Of a stretch of 248,000 nucleotides of DNA, positions 137,751 to 147,739 are shown in pieces; within the stretch, counting starts at the first letter, position 1; every line of letters starts with the position of its first letter. The notes beneath the pieces are model-generated. The model had not been told where the DNA came from. It did not search any database and was given only the letters and a program-made list of their open reading frames with translations. This DNA comes from Hyalangium minutum (GTDB taxonomy: Bacteria; Myxococcota; Myxococcia; Myxococcales; Myxococcaceae), in the NCBI RefSeq assembly GCF_000737315.1, contig NZ_JMCB01000002.1, positions 268,001 to 516,000 of the forward strand. Reading direction: 5' to 3'. A program made the position numbers and the translations under genes.

Positions 137751-138776
137751 TTAGGGGGCGAGGCTGGCCAGGTACCGGTCCAGCGTCTCCGCGAAGGTGG
137801 GGTCATCGCTGAGGAACGCGAGCCCCACGCCGCCCTTGTACGGATCATCCACCACGTGGACCACCAGGGCGTCTCCCTCTAGGCGATCGCCGTTGGGCAG
137901 CCTCACGTCCACCCGGACAATCGAGTCCATGGGTGGCCGGTGCGCCGTGCGCACGAAGAGGCCGCCGTTGGAGATGTTCGTCGCGTGCTCGCGCACGAAG
138001 TCCAGCTCCGTGCGGAACTCCATCTCCAGCTGCACCGGGAAGCGCTTGTAGCGGCGCAGCTCCGCGCCCGTGGGTGCGGCGGCCTCGGGCTGCCCCTGCA
138101 CCACCTCCCCCGCCTCCGCCACCTCCTCGATGGGCTCGATGGGCTCCACGTCGTCCACGGGCTCGCCCGCGACGAGCGGCTCGTCGGCCACCTCCGTCCC
138201 CAGCGGCTCGTCGACGATCTCCGCGGCCTCGACGGGCTCCGCCTCGGGGGCGGGGGCCGGGGCCGGAGCGGGCCGGTTGACGGGCGGCAGGGCCTGCTGA
138301 GGAATCAGCGGCTTCAGCCCACGCGCGACGATGCCTTCCAGGTGCTCCTTCAGGGTGCTGGCGGCCGTCCAGTAGTTCTCCGCGGTGATGATGTTGCCGG
138401 TGAAGGCCGCGGCCCGGAACGCATCGCGCTCGGCCTTGGGCATCTTCCACAGCTCTACCAGCGTGCCCTTGCTCGCCTTGATTTCCCAGGCGAAGCGGTC
138501 CATCTCCATCCGCGGGAAGTCGGACATCTCCAGCTTCAGCTCGAGGTTGGCCTCGTTCTCGCGCAGGGCGATGATGATCTCGACGGGCTGCGTGGAGGGC
138601 AGCAGCTCTTCGATGGCTTCCACGATGCCGGCCACATGACCGGGGATGGCGGAGCCGTTCCACAATGCTGCGAGACTGAAGGTAGCCACGGCCCAACACC
138701 ATACCCGAGGAAACCGCCCTATCCACATATCGGCAGGTGGATGTTCACCCAACCCGTCGGGGAGTGGGCGGGACAC
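137751..138776 (-). CDS. TIGR02266-type PilZ domain protein (start uncertain)
   Basis: RRYKRFP, NISNGG.F. Confidence 0.8.
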   Translation of the reverse strand: MSRPLPDGLGEHPPADMWIGRFPRVWCWAVATFSLAALWNGSAIPGHVAGIVEAIEELLPSTQPVEIIIALRENEANLELKLEMSDFPRMEMDRFAWEIKASKGTLVELWKMPKAERDAFRAAAFTGNIITAENYWTAASTLKEHLEGIVARGLKPLIPQQALPPVNRPAPAPAPAPEAEPVEAAEIVDEPLGTEVADEPLVAGEPVDDVEPIEPIEEVAEAGEVVQGQPEAAAPTGAELRRYKRFPVQLEMEFRTELDFVREHATNISNGGLFVRTAHRPPMDSIVRVDVRLPNGDRLEGDALVVHVVDDPYKGGVGLAFLSDDPTFAETLDRYLASLAP

Positions 138777-138815
138777 CTCCCCTCTCAGGGCTGTAGCACC
138801 TGCTGCCGGACGGGC

Positions 138816-140579
138816 TCACCTCGACTTCAGGGGGCGCAGACCCGCAGGCGGCGCGTCCAGCCGGAAGACGGGGTAGAGGTTCAGCCGCGTGTCATAGGAA
138901 GGGTGGCGTTCCTGGAAGAATTTGAGCCGGGCGCGCGCATCCTGGGCGAAGGCTGCGTCCTTCAGGCGCTCCTCCCAGGCGGCCTTCACGGCCGGGTCCT
139001 TGGCCAGCAGCTCTCGGGCGAAGGGCTCCAGCACGTACTCCTCGATGTACTCTTTTCGCTCGAAGTGGTTGTTGAAGAAGCCCCAGGTGATCAGCGAGTC
139101 CGGGCCGGCCGGCTCCAGCAGGTGGGCGACCACCTCCACCCCGGGCTGGGCCACTGGCACGTACAGCGAGCCCGCGGGCAGCGCCTGCTTCTCTCGCTTC
139201 CACGCGCCCTGGGCGGCGAGCCCCTGGCGGCCCTCGTAGGACTGGGGCTGGAACTTCACCTCGGTGGCGCGGAACGCCTCCACCTCCGCGGCGGGCACCG
139301 TCTTGTCCAGGCGCTGGAAGCGCAGGCCGTGGGCGCGCAGCTTGGGCTCCACCCAGGCCGCGTGGGCGGCGGGCACCAGGTAGCCACCGGTGGGCAGCGT
139401 CACGGTGAGCTTGGGCACCACCTCGTCATAGAAGGGCACCTTCCACACCTGGGGCTTCGTGTCGTCGTACTTCACCACCCGCTGGTTGAAGACGGGCGAC
139501 GTCTCGTGGGTGTAGGCGTAGCCGCGGAACTCGATGGTCCGGCTCTTCTGGGTGTGGTCCCAGGCGAGCGTCACCTGGCGCACCTGGCCGGCCTCGGCCG
139601 CCGCGTCCGCCGCCTTCGCCGCGGCCTGCAGGGCAGCACCGTTGGCGGCCACGTACTGGAGCGCGCCCTCCAGCACGTTGCGCGTGGTCTTCACCCGGTG
139701 GGCGTAGGGCTTCCAGGAGTGCGTCTCCACCAGCATCCCGAAGCGGTGGTTCACCGCCCAGTACGTCTGACTGAAGCGCGGAGGCGCGATGCCCGCGGTG
139801 AAGCCGGTGGCCGGGTCATCGTCCTGGATGAAGGAGGGGTAGAAGGTGACGGGGAGGTGCCCCTGGGCCTCGAGCCCTGTCACGAGCGCGTCCCGGAGCT
139901 TCAGGCCGAGGGCGCGCATTGGCTCGGGGCCGCCGTAGAGGGGCTCCATGGTGAGCGAGACGTCGTGCTCGAACTTGGCGCCGTCGGTGACGTGGAGGTC
140001 CAGGTAGAAGAGGGGGTTCCACGCGTGAAGGAAGGTGAGCAGGGCCACCGTCTCCGGGGCGTCCGCCTTCACATAGTCGCGGTTGAGGTTGAGGTTCTGG
140101 GCGGTGACGCGCCAGCCCATCTCCTCGGGGCCCACCTGGTTGGGGCGGTTGTTGGGGCCGAAGCGCTCGTGGCCGTCGATGTTGAAGACGGGGACGAACA
140201 CCGCCGTCACCTGCCCGAGCACGCCCGGCAGCGCCTTGCCCGCGAGCACGTCCCGGAGCAGCCAGAAGCCCGCGTCCTTGCCGTCAATCTCTCCGGAGTG
140301 GATGCCGCCCTGGAAGAGGACGACGGGGCGGTTCTTCTTGGCGTTGGCGGCGGGGGTGAGGGTGCCGTCCGCGCTGGCCACGAGCGCGAGCATGGGGCGG
140401 CCCTCGGGGGTGGTGCCGAACGTCTCACAGCGCACCTTGCCGGGGAAGGCCTTGGGGAAGTCGCGGCAGAGGGTTTCCACCTCCGCGTAGCGGCCGGTGC
140501 GCGTCCAGCCGGAGCGCTCGGCGGTGGTAGTGAGCGGAGCCTGCGTGAGGAGGACAGCGAGGAAGGCGGGCAGGAGCAT
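138816..140579 (-). CDS. M14 zinc carboxypeptidase
   Basis: IHSGE, N.DG.ER, NLNRD, DLH. Confidence 0.9.
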   Translation of the reverse strand: MLLPAFLAVLLTQAPLTTTAERSGWTRTGRYAEVETLCRDFPKAFPGKVRCETFGTTPEGRPMLALVASADGTLTPAANAKKNRPVVLFQGGIHSGEIDGKDAGFWLLRDVLAGKALPGVLGQVTAVFVPVFNIDGHERFGPNNRPNQVGPEEMGWRVTAQNLNLNRDYVKADAPETVALLTFLHAWNPLFYLDLHVTDGAKFEHDVSLTMEPLYGGPEPMRALGLKLRDALVTGLEAQGHLPVTFYPSFIQDDDPATGFTAGIAPPRFSQTYWAVNHRFGMLVETHSWKPYAHRVKTTRNVLEGALQYVAANGAALQAAAKAADAAAEAGQVRQVTLAWDHTQKSRTIEFRGYAYTHETSPVFNQRVVKYDDTKPQVWKVPFYDEVVPKLTVTLPTGGYLVPAAHAAWVEPKLRAHGLRFQRLDKTVPAAEVEAFRATEVKFQPQSYEGRQGLAAQGAWKREKQALPAGSLYVPVAQPGVEVVAHLLEPAGPDSLITWGFFNNHFERKEYIEEYVLEPFARELLAKDPAVKAAWEERLKDAAFAQDARARLKFFQERHPSYDTRLNLYPVFRLDAPPAGLRPLKSR

Positions 140580-140611
140580 GAGCCCCCGCAAACCACACCC
140601 TCCGGCCCGGC

Positions 140612-141547
140612 TCAACCCTGTTGCACGTGGAGGCTCTGGCCCACGGCGAGCACGTGGAGCTTCTCGCGCGGCCAGTGGCGCCGGCTCCACTCGGCGTCCA
140701 GGCGCTGGGGCGGCTCGTCGAGCGGCTCGTCGGTGAGCTTGAAGGTGCCCCAGTGCATGGCCAGGAAGCGCGAGGCGCCCAGGTCCTCGAAGGCCTGCAC
140801 GGCCTCCTCGGGGTTCATGTGCTGCTTGCTCATGAACCACGCCGGGTCATACGCGCCAATGGGGAGCATGGCCGCGTCGATGCCCGGGTGGCGGCGGCCA
140901 ATCTCCTTGAAGCCCTCGAAGTAGGCGGTGTCGCCGGAGTGGTAGAGGCGAGCGCTGGAGCCCTCAATCACGAAGCCGCCCCAGAGCATCTCGTTGGGGC
141001 CCGCGAGCGCGCGGCGGCTCCAGTGCTGCGAGGGGACATAGTGGACGGTGACGGGGCCGACCTTCGTGGAGCCCCACCAGTCCAGCTCGGTGCAGCCCAG
141101 CCGTGAGCCTTTGAAGACGGGCATTTGGCCGAGGCCGGTGACGATGGGGGCGCCCACGTCCTTGAGCGAGGGCAGGTCCAGGTGGTCGTAGTGGTTGTGC
141201 GAGACGAGGCTGGCGGTGATGGGGGGCAGCTTCTCGGTGGGGACACCGGTGGGGACGTTGCGGCGGATGACGACGTTGATGGCGTCGCGCAGCACGGGGT
141301 CGATGAGGAGGGAGATGCCGTCGAGCTGCACGAGCCAGCTGGCATGGCCGAGCCACGTGAGGCGCGCGCCCTGGCCGGGGGCGGGTGGAGTGGCGAGGGC
141401 AGCGAGATCCGGCTCGACGCGGGGGACGGGAGCGCGGGAGGGGGACTTGCGGCGGAGGCCTCGGAGCTTGTCACCCACGGCCCACTTGAAGACGGTGTCG
141501 AAGCCATGGGGCCCACTGCCGTCGAGGTTCTTGAAGCGCAGCGCCAT
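140612..141547 (-). CDS. MBL-fold hydrolase (NAPE-PLD/RomA-like)
   Basis: SHNHYDHLD, HWS.R, MHWGTF. Confidence 0.9.
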   Translation of the reverse strand: MALRFKNLDGSGPHGFDTVFKWAVGDKLRGLRRKSPSRAPVPRVEPDLAALATPPAPGQGARLTWLGHASWLVQLDGISLLIDPVLRDAINVVIRRNVPTGVPTEKLPPITASLVSHNHYDHLDLPSLKDVGAPIVTGLGQMPVFKGSRLGCTELDWWGSTKVGPVTVHYVPSQHWSRRALAGPNEMLWGGFVIEGSSARLYHSGDTAYFEGFKEIGRRHPGIDAAMLPIGAYDPAWFMSKQHMNPEEAVQAFEDLGASRFLAMHWGTFKLTDEPLDEPPQRLDAEWSRRHWPREKLHVLAVGQSLHVQQG

Positions 141548-141786
141548 GGGGGGAACATTAGGCTCGCGAGCACCCACGATCCAGGAGCCCGGCGTGAACC
141601 CAGCGGAGAAGCGTTCAGAGTTTCCCAAGGGGCTGCAGCTGTTGCTGGCGGACTGCGATCTGGCGTGGCCGCTTGCGTTCCTGAGTGCGGACAGTCCCTG
141701 GAGCAGCCGGGCCTCCCGCATCCTGTCGGTGCTGGCGTAGCTACGGCGGTCTGCTGACTCCTGACGCCGGATATGCTCGTCATCCC

Positions 141787-142503
141787 ATGACAAGACTCCG
141801 ATGGCGCTGGATATGCCTGTGGCTGCTGGGGGCGTTGGTGGCTTGCGCCACGACGCAGCCGTCGGAACTGGAGCGTGCTCCCGATACGGATGAAGGGAAC
141901 GCTCTCTCGTTTGAGGAAGCATGCGCGCAAGAGAGCAGCCTGCTGGCGATGTGCGATGGAAGCCAGTGCGGGCTGTTTCGCTGCCAGGAAGTCATGGAGC
142001 ACGTTTCTTCGGGAATCGTGGTGCCCACGAGAGGTGGGCCGCTACTGCTCCCGAGGAGTCCAGTAAGCACGCAGCGTTACTGGGGAAGTGCGCAGGAGCC
142101 TCCTCGGGATTCTCGGCCGGTCTTCATCATCCCCTGGCGCCACAAGCCTCCATTGCTGCCCAGCCAGAAGGCGCTGCTGGAGGAAGCGGCCAAGGAACGA
142201 AGCAAGCCCCATGAGAAGCACCACATCTTTCCTCAGGCCTTCCGGGAGTGGTTTGGCAAGCAGGGCATCGCCGTCGACGCGTACGTGATACCGCTCAAGG
142301 TGGAGAAGCACCGGAGCATTCACCGAGGAGAACGCGGGGGGCCGTGGAACGAAGCGTGGAGACAGTTCATCAACGCCCGTCTGCAGGGGGCCCCGAAGGA
142401 GGAGATCTACCGGCATGCAGGCCAGCTCATCTACGAGTTCGAGCTGTTTGGGCCTGTGATGCCCTACTGGAAGCAGCCGCCATCGCTTCCCACGGAGTAC
142501 TGA
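141787..142503 (+). CDS. sitA6: SitA6-type polymorphic toxin lipoprotein (second copy)
   Basis: Lipobox LVAC; EKHHIFPQ...HRSIH. Confidence 0.75.
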   Translation: MTRLRWRWICLWLLGALVACATTQPSELERAPDTDEGNALSFEEACAQESSLLAMCDGSQCGLFRCQEVMEHVSSGIVVPTRGGPLLLPRSPVSTQRYWGSAQEPPRDSRPVFIIPWRHKPPLLPSQKALLEEAAKERSKPHEKHHIFPQAFREWFGKQGIAVDAYVIPLKVEKHRSIHRGERGGPWNEAWRQFINARLQGAPKEEIYRHAGQLIYEFELFGPVMPYWKQPPSLPTEY

Positions 142504-142509
142504 GGGGCC

Positions 142510-143244
142510 ATGCGCTTCTATTGGTTACAGGACGTCGCGAGCCGCCGGTACTCCGCCACGCACACCGATGGGCACAAGTGGTGCCTGCCCGGCGCATCCT
142601 GTCCGGTGTGCCAGCGTTCCGGGGGCACCTCCGCGAGCGCCTTTCCCTCGGTGGATCTGTCTCACTTGCCGCCTCGGGAGCAGAAGAAGTATTCGGCGCG
142701 GCTGGAGGAGGACTTCGCGGAGTTCGAGCGGCTGCGCGAGCAGGTGCGCCCTTGGGTTCCCACAGGCGTCCCGCTCTGGCCAGGGACGGATTTCGGCCCC
142801 ATGACGGCTTCCATTCAGGGAGAAGTGGGCCCGTTGTTGTTGGATCACCCGTGGATCCTGCTCATGAGACGGGAGTCGCTGGAGCACTTGCAGAAGGAGG
142901 GCTTGCAAGGGCTGAAGGGGTGCCGCACGGAGCTGCGCTTCCGCACGAAGAACCCACCCGAACTGCTGGAAATGGAGTTGCTGCCTCGGGGCAGATTCCA
143001 TGCGGAGTGCCTGCCAGAACGGTCTCCTCCGTGCCCCAAGTGCGAGCGAGTGAGCCTCCAGCATCCCAAAGAGCCCGTGCTTGATGCGGCCACGCTCCCG
143101 AAGGACGTGGATGTGTTCCGGCTCGAAGACTCCGCAGGAATGATTTTGGGCACGGAGCGCTTCGTGGACGCGGTTCGCCACCTGGGGTACTCGGACGATC
143201 TCCTCTTCCGCGAGCTTCCCGTGCGCGCCGCATCGCCATATTGA
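142510..143244 (+). CDS. sitI6: Double-CXXCG immunity protein (second copy)
   Basis: CPVC and CPKC; paralog of 12768..13493. Confidence 0.75.
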   Translation: MRFYWLQDVASRRYSATHTDGHKWCLPGASCPVCQRSGGTSASAFPSVDLSHLPPREQKKYSARLEEDFAEFERLREQVRPWVPTGVPLWPGTDFGPMTASIQGEVGPLLLDHPWILLMRRESLEHLQKEGLQGLKGCRTELRFRTKNPPELLEMELLPRGRFHAECLPERSPPCPKCERVSLQHPKEPVLDAATLPKDVDVFRLEDSAGMILGTERFVDAVRHLGYSDDLLFRELPVRAASPY

Positions 143245-143302
143245 GGCAGGCGGCTCTCCGAGCCAGTCACACCCAGCCCGTCCTCCTTATATAGAGAGGA
143301 GG

Positions 143303-144748
143303 ATGCCTGCCCCGCCTGGAATCACCCGCAAGCTGCTCTTCGCCTTCGGGGCGCTCGTGGCGCTGTTCGCCGCCGCGTCCCTGTTCGCGCTCGGGCGCAT
143401 CAACGAGATTCACGAGGGGACGCACGCCCTCCAGGCCGCCAGCGGCCGCGTCCGTGCCGCGCTGGAGCTCGCCACCGCCGTGCGAGACCAGTACGCCCAC
143501 CTGGCCCACACCATCATCCTCGGCAACGACAGCCATGCCCGCTTCCACGCCGACGCCCGGGCACGCGTGGAGGCGCTCACCCGTAAGCTCTGGGAGCAGG
143601 CCCAGGATGCCGAGGAGCGCGCCTGGGTCGGTGACATCCAGGAGTCCGGCGATGCGCTGGACCGGCTCTACCGCGACACGCTGCTGCCCGCCGTGGTCTC
143701 CAAGGATCAAGCTGCGGTGACAGCCGCCCACGGCCACGCGCTGGAGCTTGTCGCCACCATCCAGGCCCGCGCGGATGCGCTCGCCCGGCGCTTCGATGCC
143801 TCCATTGGCTCGTTCGAGGAGCACGTGGGGGCCGTGGAACATGCGAGCTTCCTGTGGGCCGTGGTGTTCCTTGGAGGCGCCACCCTGTTCGCCGCGGGCG
143901 TGGGGCTCTACATCGGCAACTCGGTGGCGCGGCCGGTGGCGCGGCTCACGGAGGGCGCCTCCCGTCTGGCTCAGGGAGACTTGAACACCCGCATCCCCGA
144001 GGGTGCTCCGGATGAGTTCGGCCGGCTCGCAGCCCAGTTCAACCGGATGACTGAGGCGCTGCGCGCGCACCAGGAGCAGCTCGTCCAGCACGAGAAGCTC
144101 GCGGGCATCGGCCGGCTCGCGGCGGGCGTGGCGCATGAGATCAACAACCCGCTCGGCGTCATCCTCGGCTATGTCCGCCTGCTCCAGCGCAAGGCCGAGG
144201 GCTCGCTCGCGGAGGATCTCAAGGTGTTGGAGGAGGAGGCCGTCCGCTGTCAGCAGATCGTCGAGGGGCTCTTGGATCTCTCCCGCCCTGGCCGGGTCGC
144301 CGTGGAGCCACTGGCCCTGCGTGAGGTCTGCACTGAAGTCGTGGCCCGCCTCCAGGAGTCGCCGAAGCTCAAGGGCGTGGAGGTGCGTGTGGAGGGAGAT
144401 GCCCCCGCCTGGGCCCATCCGCAGCGGGTGCGGCAGGTGCTCTTCAACCTCGTGGTGAACGCGGCCGAGGCGGCGAGCTCGGGCGGCCGGGTGGAGGTGC
144501 GCATCGAGCCCCAAGCCGGAGGAGGCGCGAGCGTGGCGGTGTCGGACTCGGGGCCTGGGGTGAAGCCGGAAGAGCGTCCTCGCCTCTTCGAGCCCTTCTT
144601 CACGACGAAGTCCTCGGGCACGGGGCTGGGGCTCGCGGTGAGCCAAGCCATCGCCCACGCGCACGGCGGACGCATCGAGGCGGATGCAGGCCCACTGGGC
144701 GGAGCGCGCTTCACGCTGCACCTGCCGCCGCCTCGGGAGGGCGCATGA
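143303..144748 (+). CDS. HAMP sensor histidine kinase
   Basis: HAMP, HEINNPL, FFTTK. Confidence 0.92.
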   Translation: MPAPPGITRKLLFAFGALVALFAAASLFALGRINEIHEGTHALQAASGRVRAALELATAVRDQYAHLAHTIILGNDSHARFHADARARVEALTRKLWEQAQDAEERAWVGDIQESGDALDRLYRDTLLPAVVSKDQAAVTAAHGHALELVATIQARADALARRFDASIGSFEEHVGAVEHASFLWAVVFLGGATLFAAGVGLYIGNSVARPVARLTEGASRLAQGDLNTRIPEGAPDEFGRLAAQFNRMTEALRAHQEQLVQHEKLAGIGRLAAGVAHEINNPLGVILGYVRLLQRKAEGSLAEDLKVLEEEAVRCQQIVEGLLDLSRPGRVAVEPLALREVCTEVVARLQESPKLKGVEVRVEGDAPAWAHPQRVRQVLFNLVVNAAEAASSGGRVEVRIEPQAGGGASVAVSDSGPGVKPEERPRLFEPFFTTKSSGTGLGLAVSQAIAHAHGGRIEADAGPLGGARFTLHLPPPREGA

Positions 144749-146145
144749 GCGCACCGGACAAGCCGAGCGTCCTGGTGGTGGACGACAAGGAGAACATGCT
144801 CAAGCTGTTCTCGCGCATCCTCGGGGACGCCTACGCGGTGACGACGGCGGCGGACGGGGAGCGGGCGCTGGGGCTGCTGGCCTCGCGCGAGTTCGACGTG
144901 GTCGTCACCGACATCCAGATGCCCGGAGCGGACGGCTTCGCGGTGCTGCGCGAGGTGAAGCGGCGCTGGCCGGCCACGGAGGTGGTGCTCGTCACGGCCT
145001 ACGCCAGCATCCCCAAGGCGGTGGAGGCCATGCGCGAGGGTGCCTATGACTATCTGGCCAAGCCGTTCGACCCTGACGAGGTGGCGCTCGTGGTGGCCCG
145101 GGCGCTGGAGCAGCGGCGGCAGCGGCGCGAGGCCGAGGGGCTCAAGCAGCAGCTCGCGGCGGCCCCGGACTTCCACGGGCTGCTCGGCACCAGCGCGGCG
145201 ATGCGGCAGACCTGCGCCCTCCTGACCCAGGGCGCCGCGAGGGACTTCACGGTGCTGCTCACGGGGGAGACTGGCACGGGCAAGGAGCTGGCCGCGCGCG
145301 CGGTGCACGCCGAGAGCCCTCGGAAGGGCCGCCCCTTCGTGGCGGTGAACTGCGGCGCGCTGCCGGCGGAGCTGGTGGAGAGCGAGCTGTTCGGCCACGC
145401 GAAGGGCGCCTTCACGGGAGCCACGGTGGCCAAGGCCGGGCTCTTCGAGGAGGCCCACGGCGGCACGCTCTTCCTGGACGAAGCCGGAGACCTGCCGCTG
145501 GCGATGCAGGTGAAGCTCAACCGCGCGCTGCAGGAGAAGGAGGTGCGGCGCGTGGGCACCACCCAGCCCATCAACGTGGACGTGCGGGTGGTCGCCGCCA
145601 CGCACCGGGATCTCCAGGCCGAAGTATCCGCGGGCCGCTTCCGCGAGGACCTCTACTACCGTCTCAATGTCTTCACCGTGCGGATGCCCGCCCTGCGAGA
145701 GCGGCGCGAGGACATTCCGCTGCTCGCCATGCACTTCCTGGCCAAGGCAGGCCGCCCTCTCGAAGGCTTCACCCCCGAGGCGCTCCGCACCCTGACGGCG
145801 TACGCGTGGCCGGGCAATGTGCGGCAGCTCGAGAACGCCGTGGCGCGGGCGGTGGCGGTGGCACCGGGGCCTCGCATCCGCCCCGAGGATCTGCCGCCCG
145901 AGCTGAGCCCGTCCTCCAGCGGTGGAGGCCCGCTGCCCGCCGAGAGCCTGGCCAAGATGCCCTACCGCGAGGCCGTGGACAGCGCCCGGGATGCCGTGTC
146001 GCGCGAGTACCTGGTGGCGCTGATGCAGGAATTCGGCGGAAACGTGACCCACGCCGCCGAGCGCGCCGGCATGGAGCGCGAGAGCCTCCACCGGCTCCTC
146101 AAGCGCTACGGCGTGCGCTCCGACGACTTCAAACGCTCGGAATGA
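144745..146145 (+). CDS. Sigma-54-dependent response regulator
   Basis: Receiver, GETGTGKE, GAFTGA. Confidence 0.95.
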   Translation: MSAPDKPSVLVVDDKENMLKLFSRILGDAYAVTTAADGERALGLLASREFDVVVTDIQMPGADGFAVLREVKRRWPATEVVLVTAYASIPKAVEAMREGAYDYLAKPFDPDEVALVVARALEQRRQRREAEGLKQQLAAAPDFHGLLGTSAAMRQTCALLTQGAARDFTVLLTGETGTGKELAARAVHAESPRKGRPFVAVNCGALPAELVESELFGHAKGAFTGATVAKAGLFEEAHGGTLFLDEAGDLPLAMQVKLNRALQEKEVRRVGTTQPINVDVRVVAATHRDLQAEVSAGRFREDLYYRLNVFTVRMPALRERREDIPLLAMHFLAKAGRPLEGFTPEALRTLTAYAWPGNVRQLENAVARAVAVAPGPRIRPEDLPPELSPSSSGGGPLPAESLAKMPYREAVDSARDAVSREYLVALMQEFGGNVTHAAERAGMERESLHRLLKRYGVRSDDFKRSE

Positions 146146-146274
146146 CTGGGTAACGCACTGCACTGCAAAAGCCGCAGAACATGTTGCGGGAAATGTAGGT
146201 GTAGGTAGCAACTCTGGTTCTCAGCGCTCGATAAATGGGCAGGGTCTCTTTTTCCAAGAAATGAGCTTCTGCCC

Positions 146275-146958
146275 ATGACCGCCGTCAGCGCCGCCCAGCG
146301 TACCGCCCAGACCTCCTTCGCCGCCGTCGCCGCCAGCGATCCCACGCTGCGCCAGGGCGCCAAGGGTGCGTCCGTGACGCAGCTGCAGAACCTGCTGCGC
146401 AACAAGGGCTACAACATCGCGGCGGATGGGGACTTCGGCCCGAAGACGACTGCGGCGGTGAAGAGCTTCCAGTCCTCGCGCGGGCTGACTGCGGATGGAA
146501 TCGTGGGCCCGAAGACGTGGGCGGCGCTGCGCGGCGGCGTCGTGTCCAACCCGGGCACGCCCGCGGGCGGCAAGCAGGTGACGGCGTACACCAACGGCCG
146601 GCCCTCCACCATCACCGTGGTCCCCGTGGGCAACGGCCAGTACATGCGCGCGGACGCCGCCCGGAACTTCAAGGCCATGCAGGCCGCGGCCGCCAAGGCC
146701 GGCGTCAACCTGTCGGCCACCAGCGGCTTCCGCACCATGGAGCAGCAGCGGGTGCTCTACCAGAAGTACCTCAACGGCACGGGCAACCTCGCCGCCAAGC
146801 CGGGCTACTCCAACCACCAGAACGGCATCTCCATGGACGTGGGTGGCATTGGCAGCTACAGCAGCAAGGCCTTCAACTGGATGAAGAACAACGCCGCCAA
146901 GTACGGCTTCCAGAACGACGTGCGCGGCGAGTACTGGCACTGGACGTTCAAGGGCTAA
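146275..146958 (+). CDS. Peptidoglycan-binding plus M15B D,D-peptidase
   Basis: PG-binding DG..GP.T repeats; SGFR, SNHQNG.SMD, E.WH. Confidence 0.9.
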   Translation: MTAVSAAQRTAQTSFAAVAASDPTLRQGAKGASVTQLQNLLRNKGYNIAADGDFGPKTTAAVKSFQSSRGLTADGIVGPKTWAALRGGVVSNPGTPAGGKQVTAYTNGRPSTITVVPVGNGQYMRADAARNFKAMQAAAAKAGVNLSATSGFRTMEQQRVLYQKYLNGTGNLAAKPGYSNHQNGISMDVGGIGSYSSKAFNWMKNNAAKYGFQNDVRGEYWHWTFKG

Positions 146959-147111
146959 TTTCAGCCTGTGTGAAATCCGCCTTCCCCGCACTGAGCACTG
147001 GCGATCCGAGGCCGGTGCGGATAGTCACGGCCCCGCAACGGGAGGGGCTCGTGCATGTCACGGCCTTCCGTTGGTTCCCGCGCCCACGCAGGTGGGCGCC
147101 CAGGAGGCCGG

Positions 147112-147738
147112 ATGCTCCAGAAGCTGATGCCCAAGTCGGACGAGTTCTTCGACGACTTCGACGCCCAGTGTGCCGTCACGGTGGAGGGCGCGAAGATGCT
147201 CCACGCCCTGCTGAGCGACTACAAGGACGTCGCTGCCCGCGTGCAGGCGCTCAAGGACGTCGAGCACAAGGGCGATGAAGTCACCCACCGCGCGTTCAAC
147301 CGGCTGCACCAGCAGTTCATTACCCCGTTCGACCGGACGCAGATCCACACGCTGCTGGGCCGCATCGACGACGTGCTGGATTTGACGAACGCGGCGGCGG
147401 CGCGGCTGCACTACTACGAAATACAGTCCAGCCTGCCGGACGCCGTGGAGCTGGCGCGGCTGCTGGTGCTGAGCGCGGAGAAGGTCCGCGAGGTGGTCGC
147501 GGCGCTGCGGCTCATCAAGCAGCCGCAGCAGATCCTGGATGGGTGCAAGGCCATCAAGAAGCTGGAGACGCAGGCGGACGAGGTGCTGCGCGCGGGCATG
147601 GGCCGGCTGTTCAAGAGCGGCGCGGATCCGCTCACCATCATCAAGTGGAAGGAGATCTACGATCTCATCGAGACGGCCACGGACAAGTGCTTGAGCGTGG
147701 CCAACGTCATCGAGGGCGTGGTCCTGGAGCACTCCTGA
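147112..147738 (+). CDS. DUF47 phosphate transport regulator
   Basis: EHKGD, FITPFDR..I. Confidence 0.9.
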   Translation: MLQKLMPKSDEFFDDFDAQCAVTVEGAKMLHALLSDYKDVAARVQALKDVEHKGDEVTHRAFNRLHQQFITPFDRTQIHTLLGRIDDVLDLTNAAAARLHYYEIQSSLPDAVELARLLVLSAEKVREVVAALRLIKQPQQILDGCKAIKKLETQADEVLRAGMGRLFKSGADPLTIIKWKEIYDLIETATDKCLSVANVIEGVVLEHS

Positions 147739-147739
147739 C

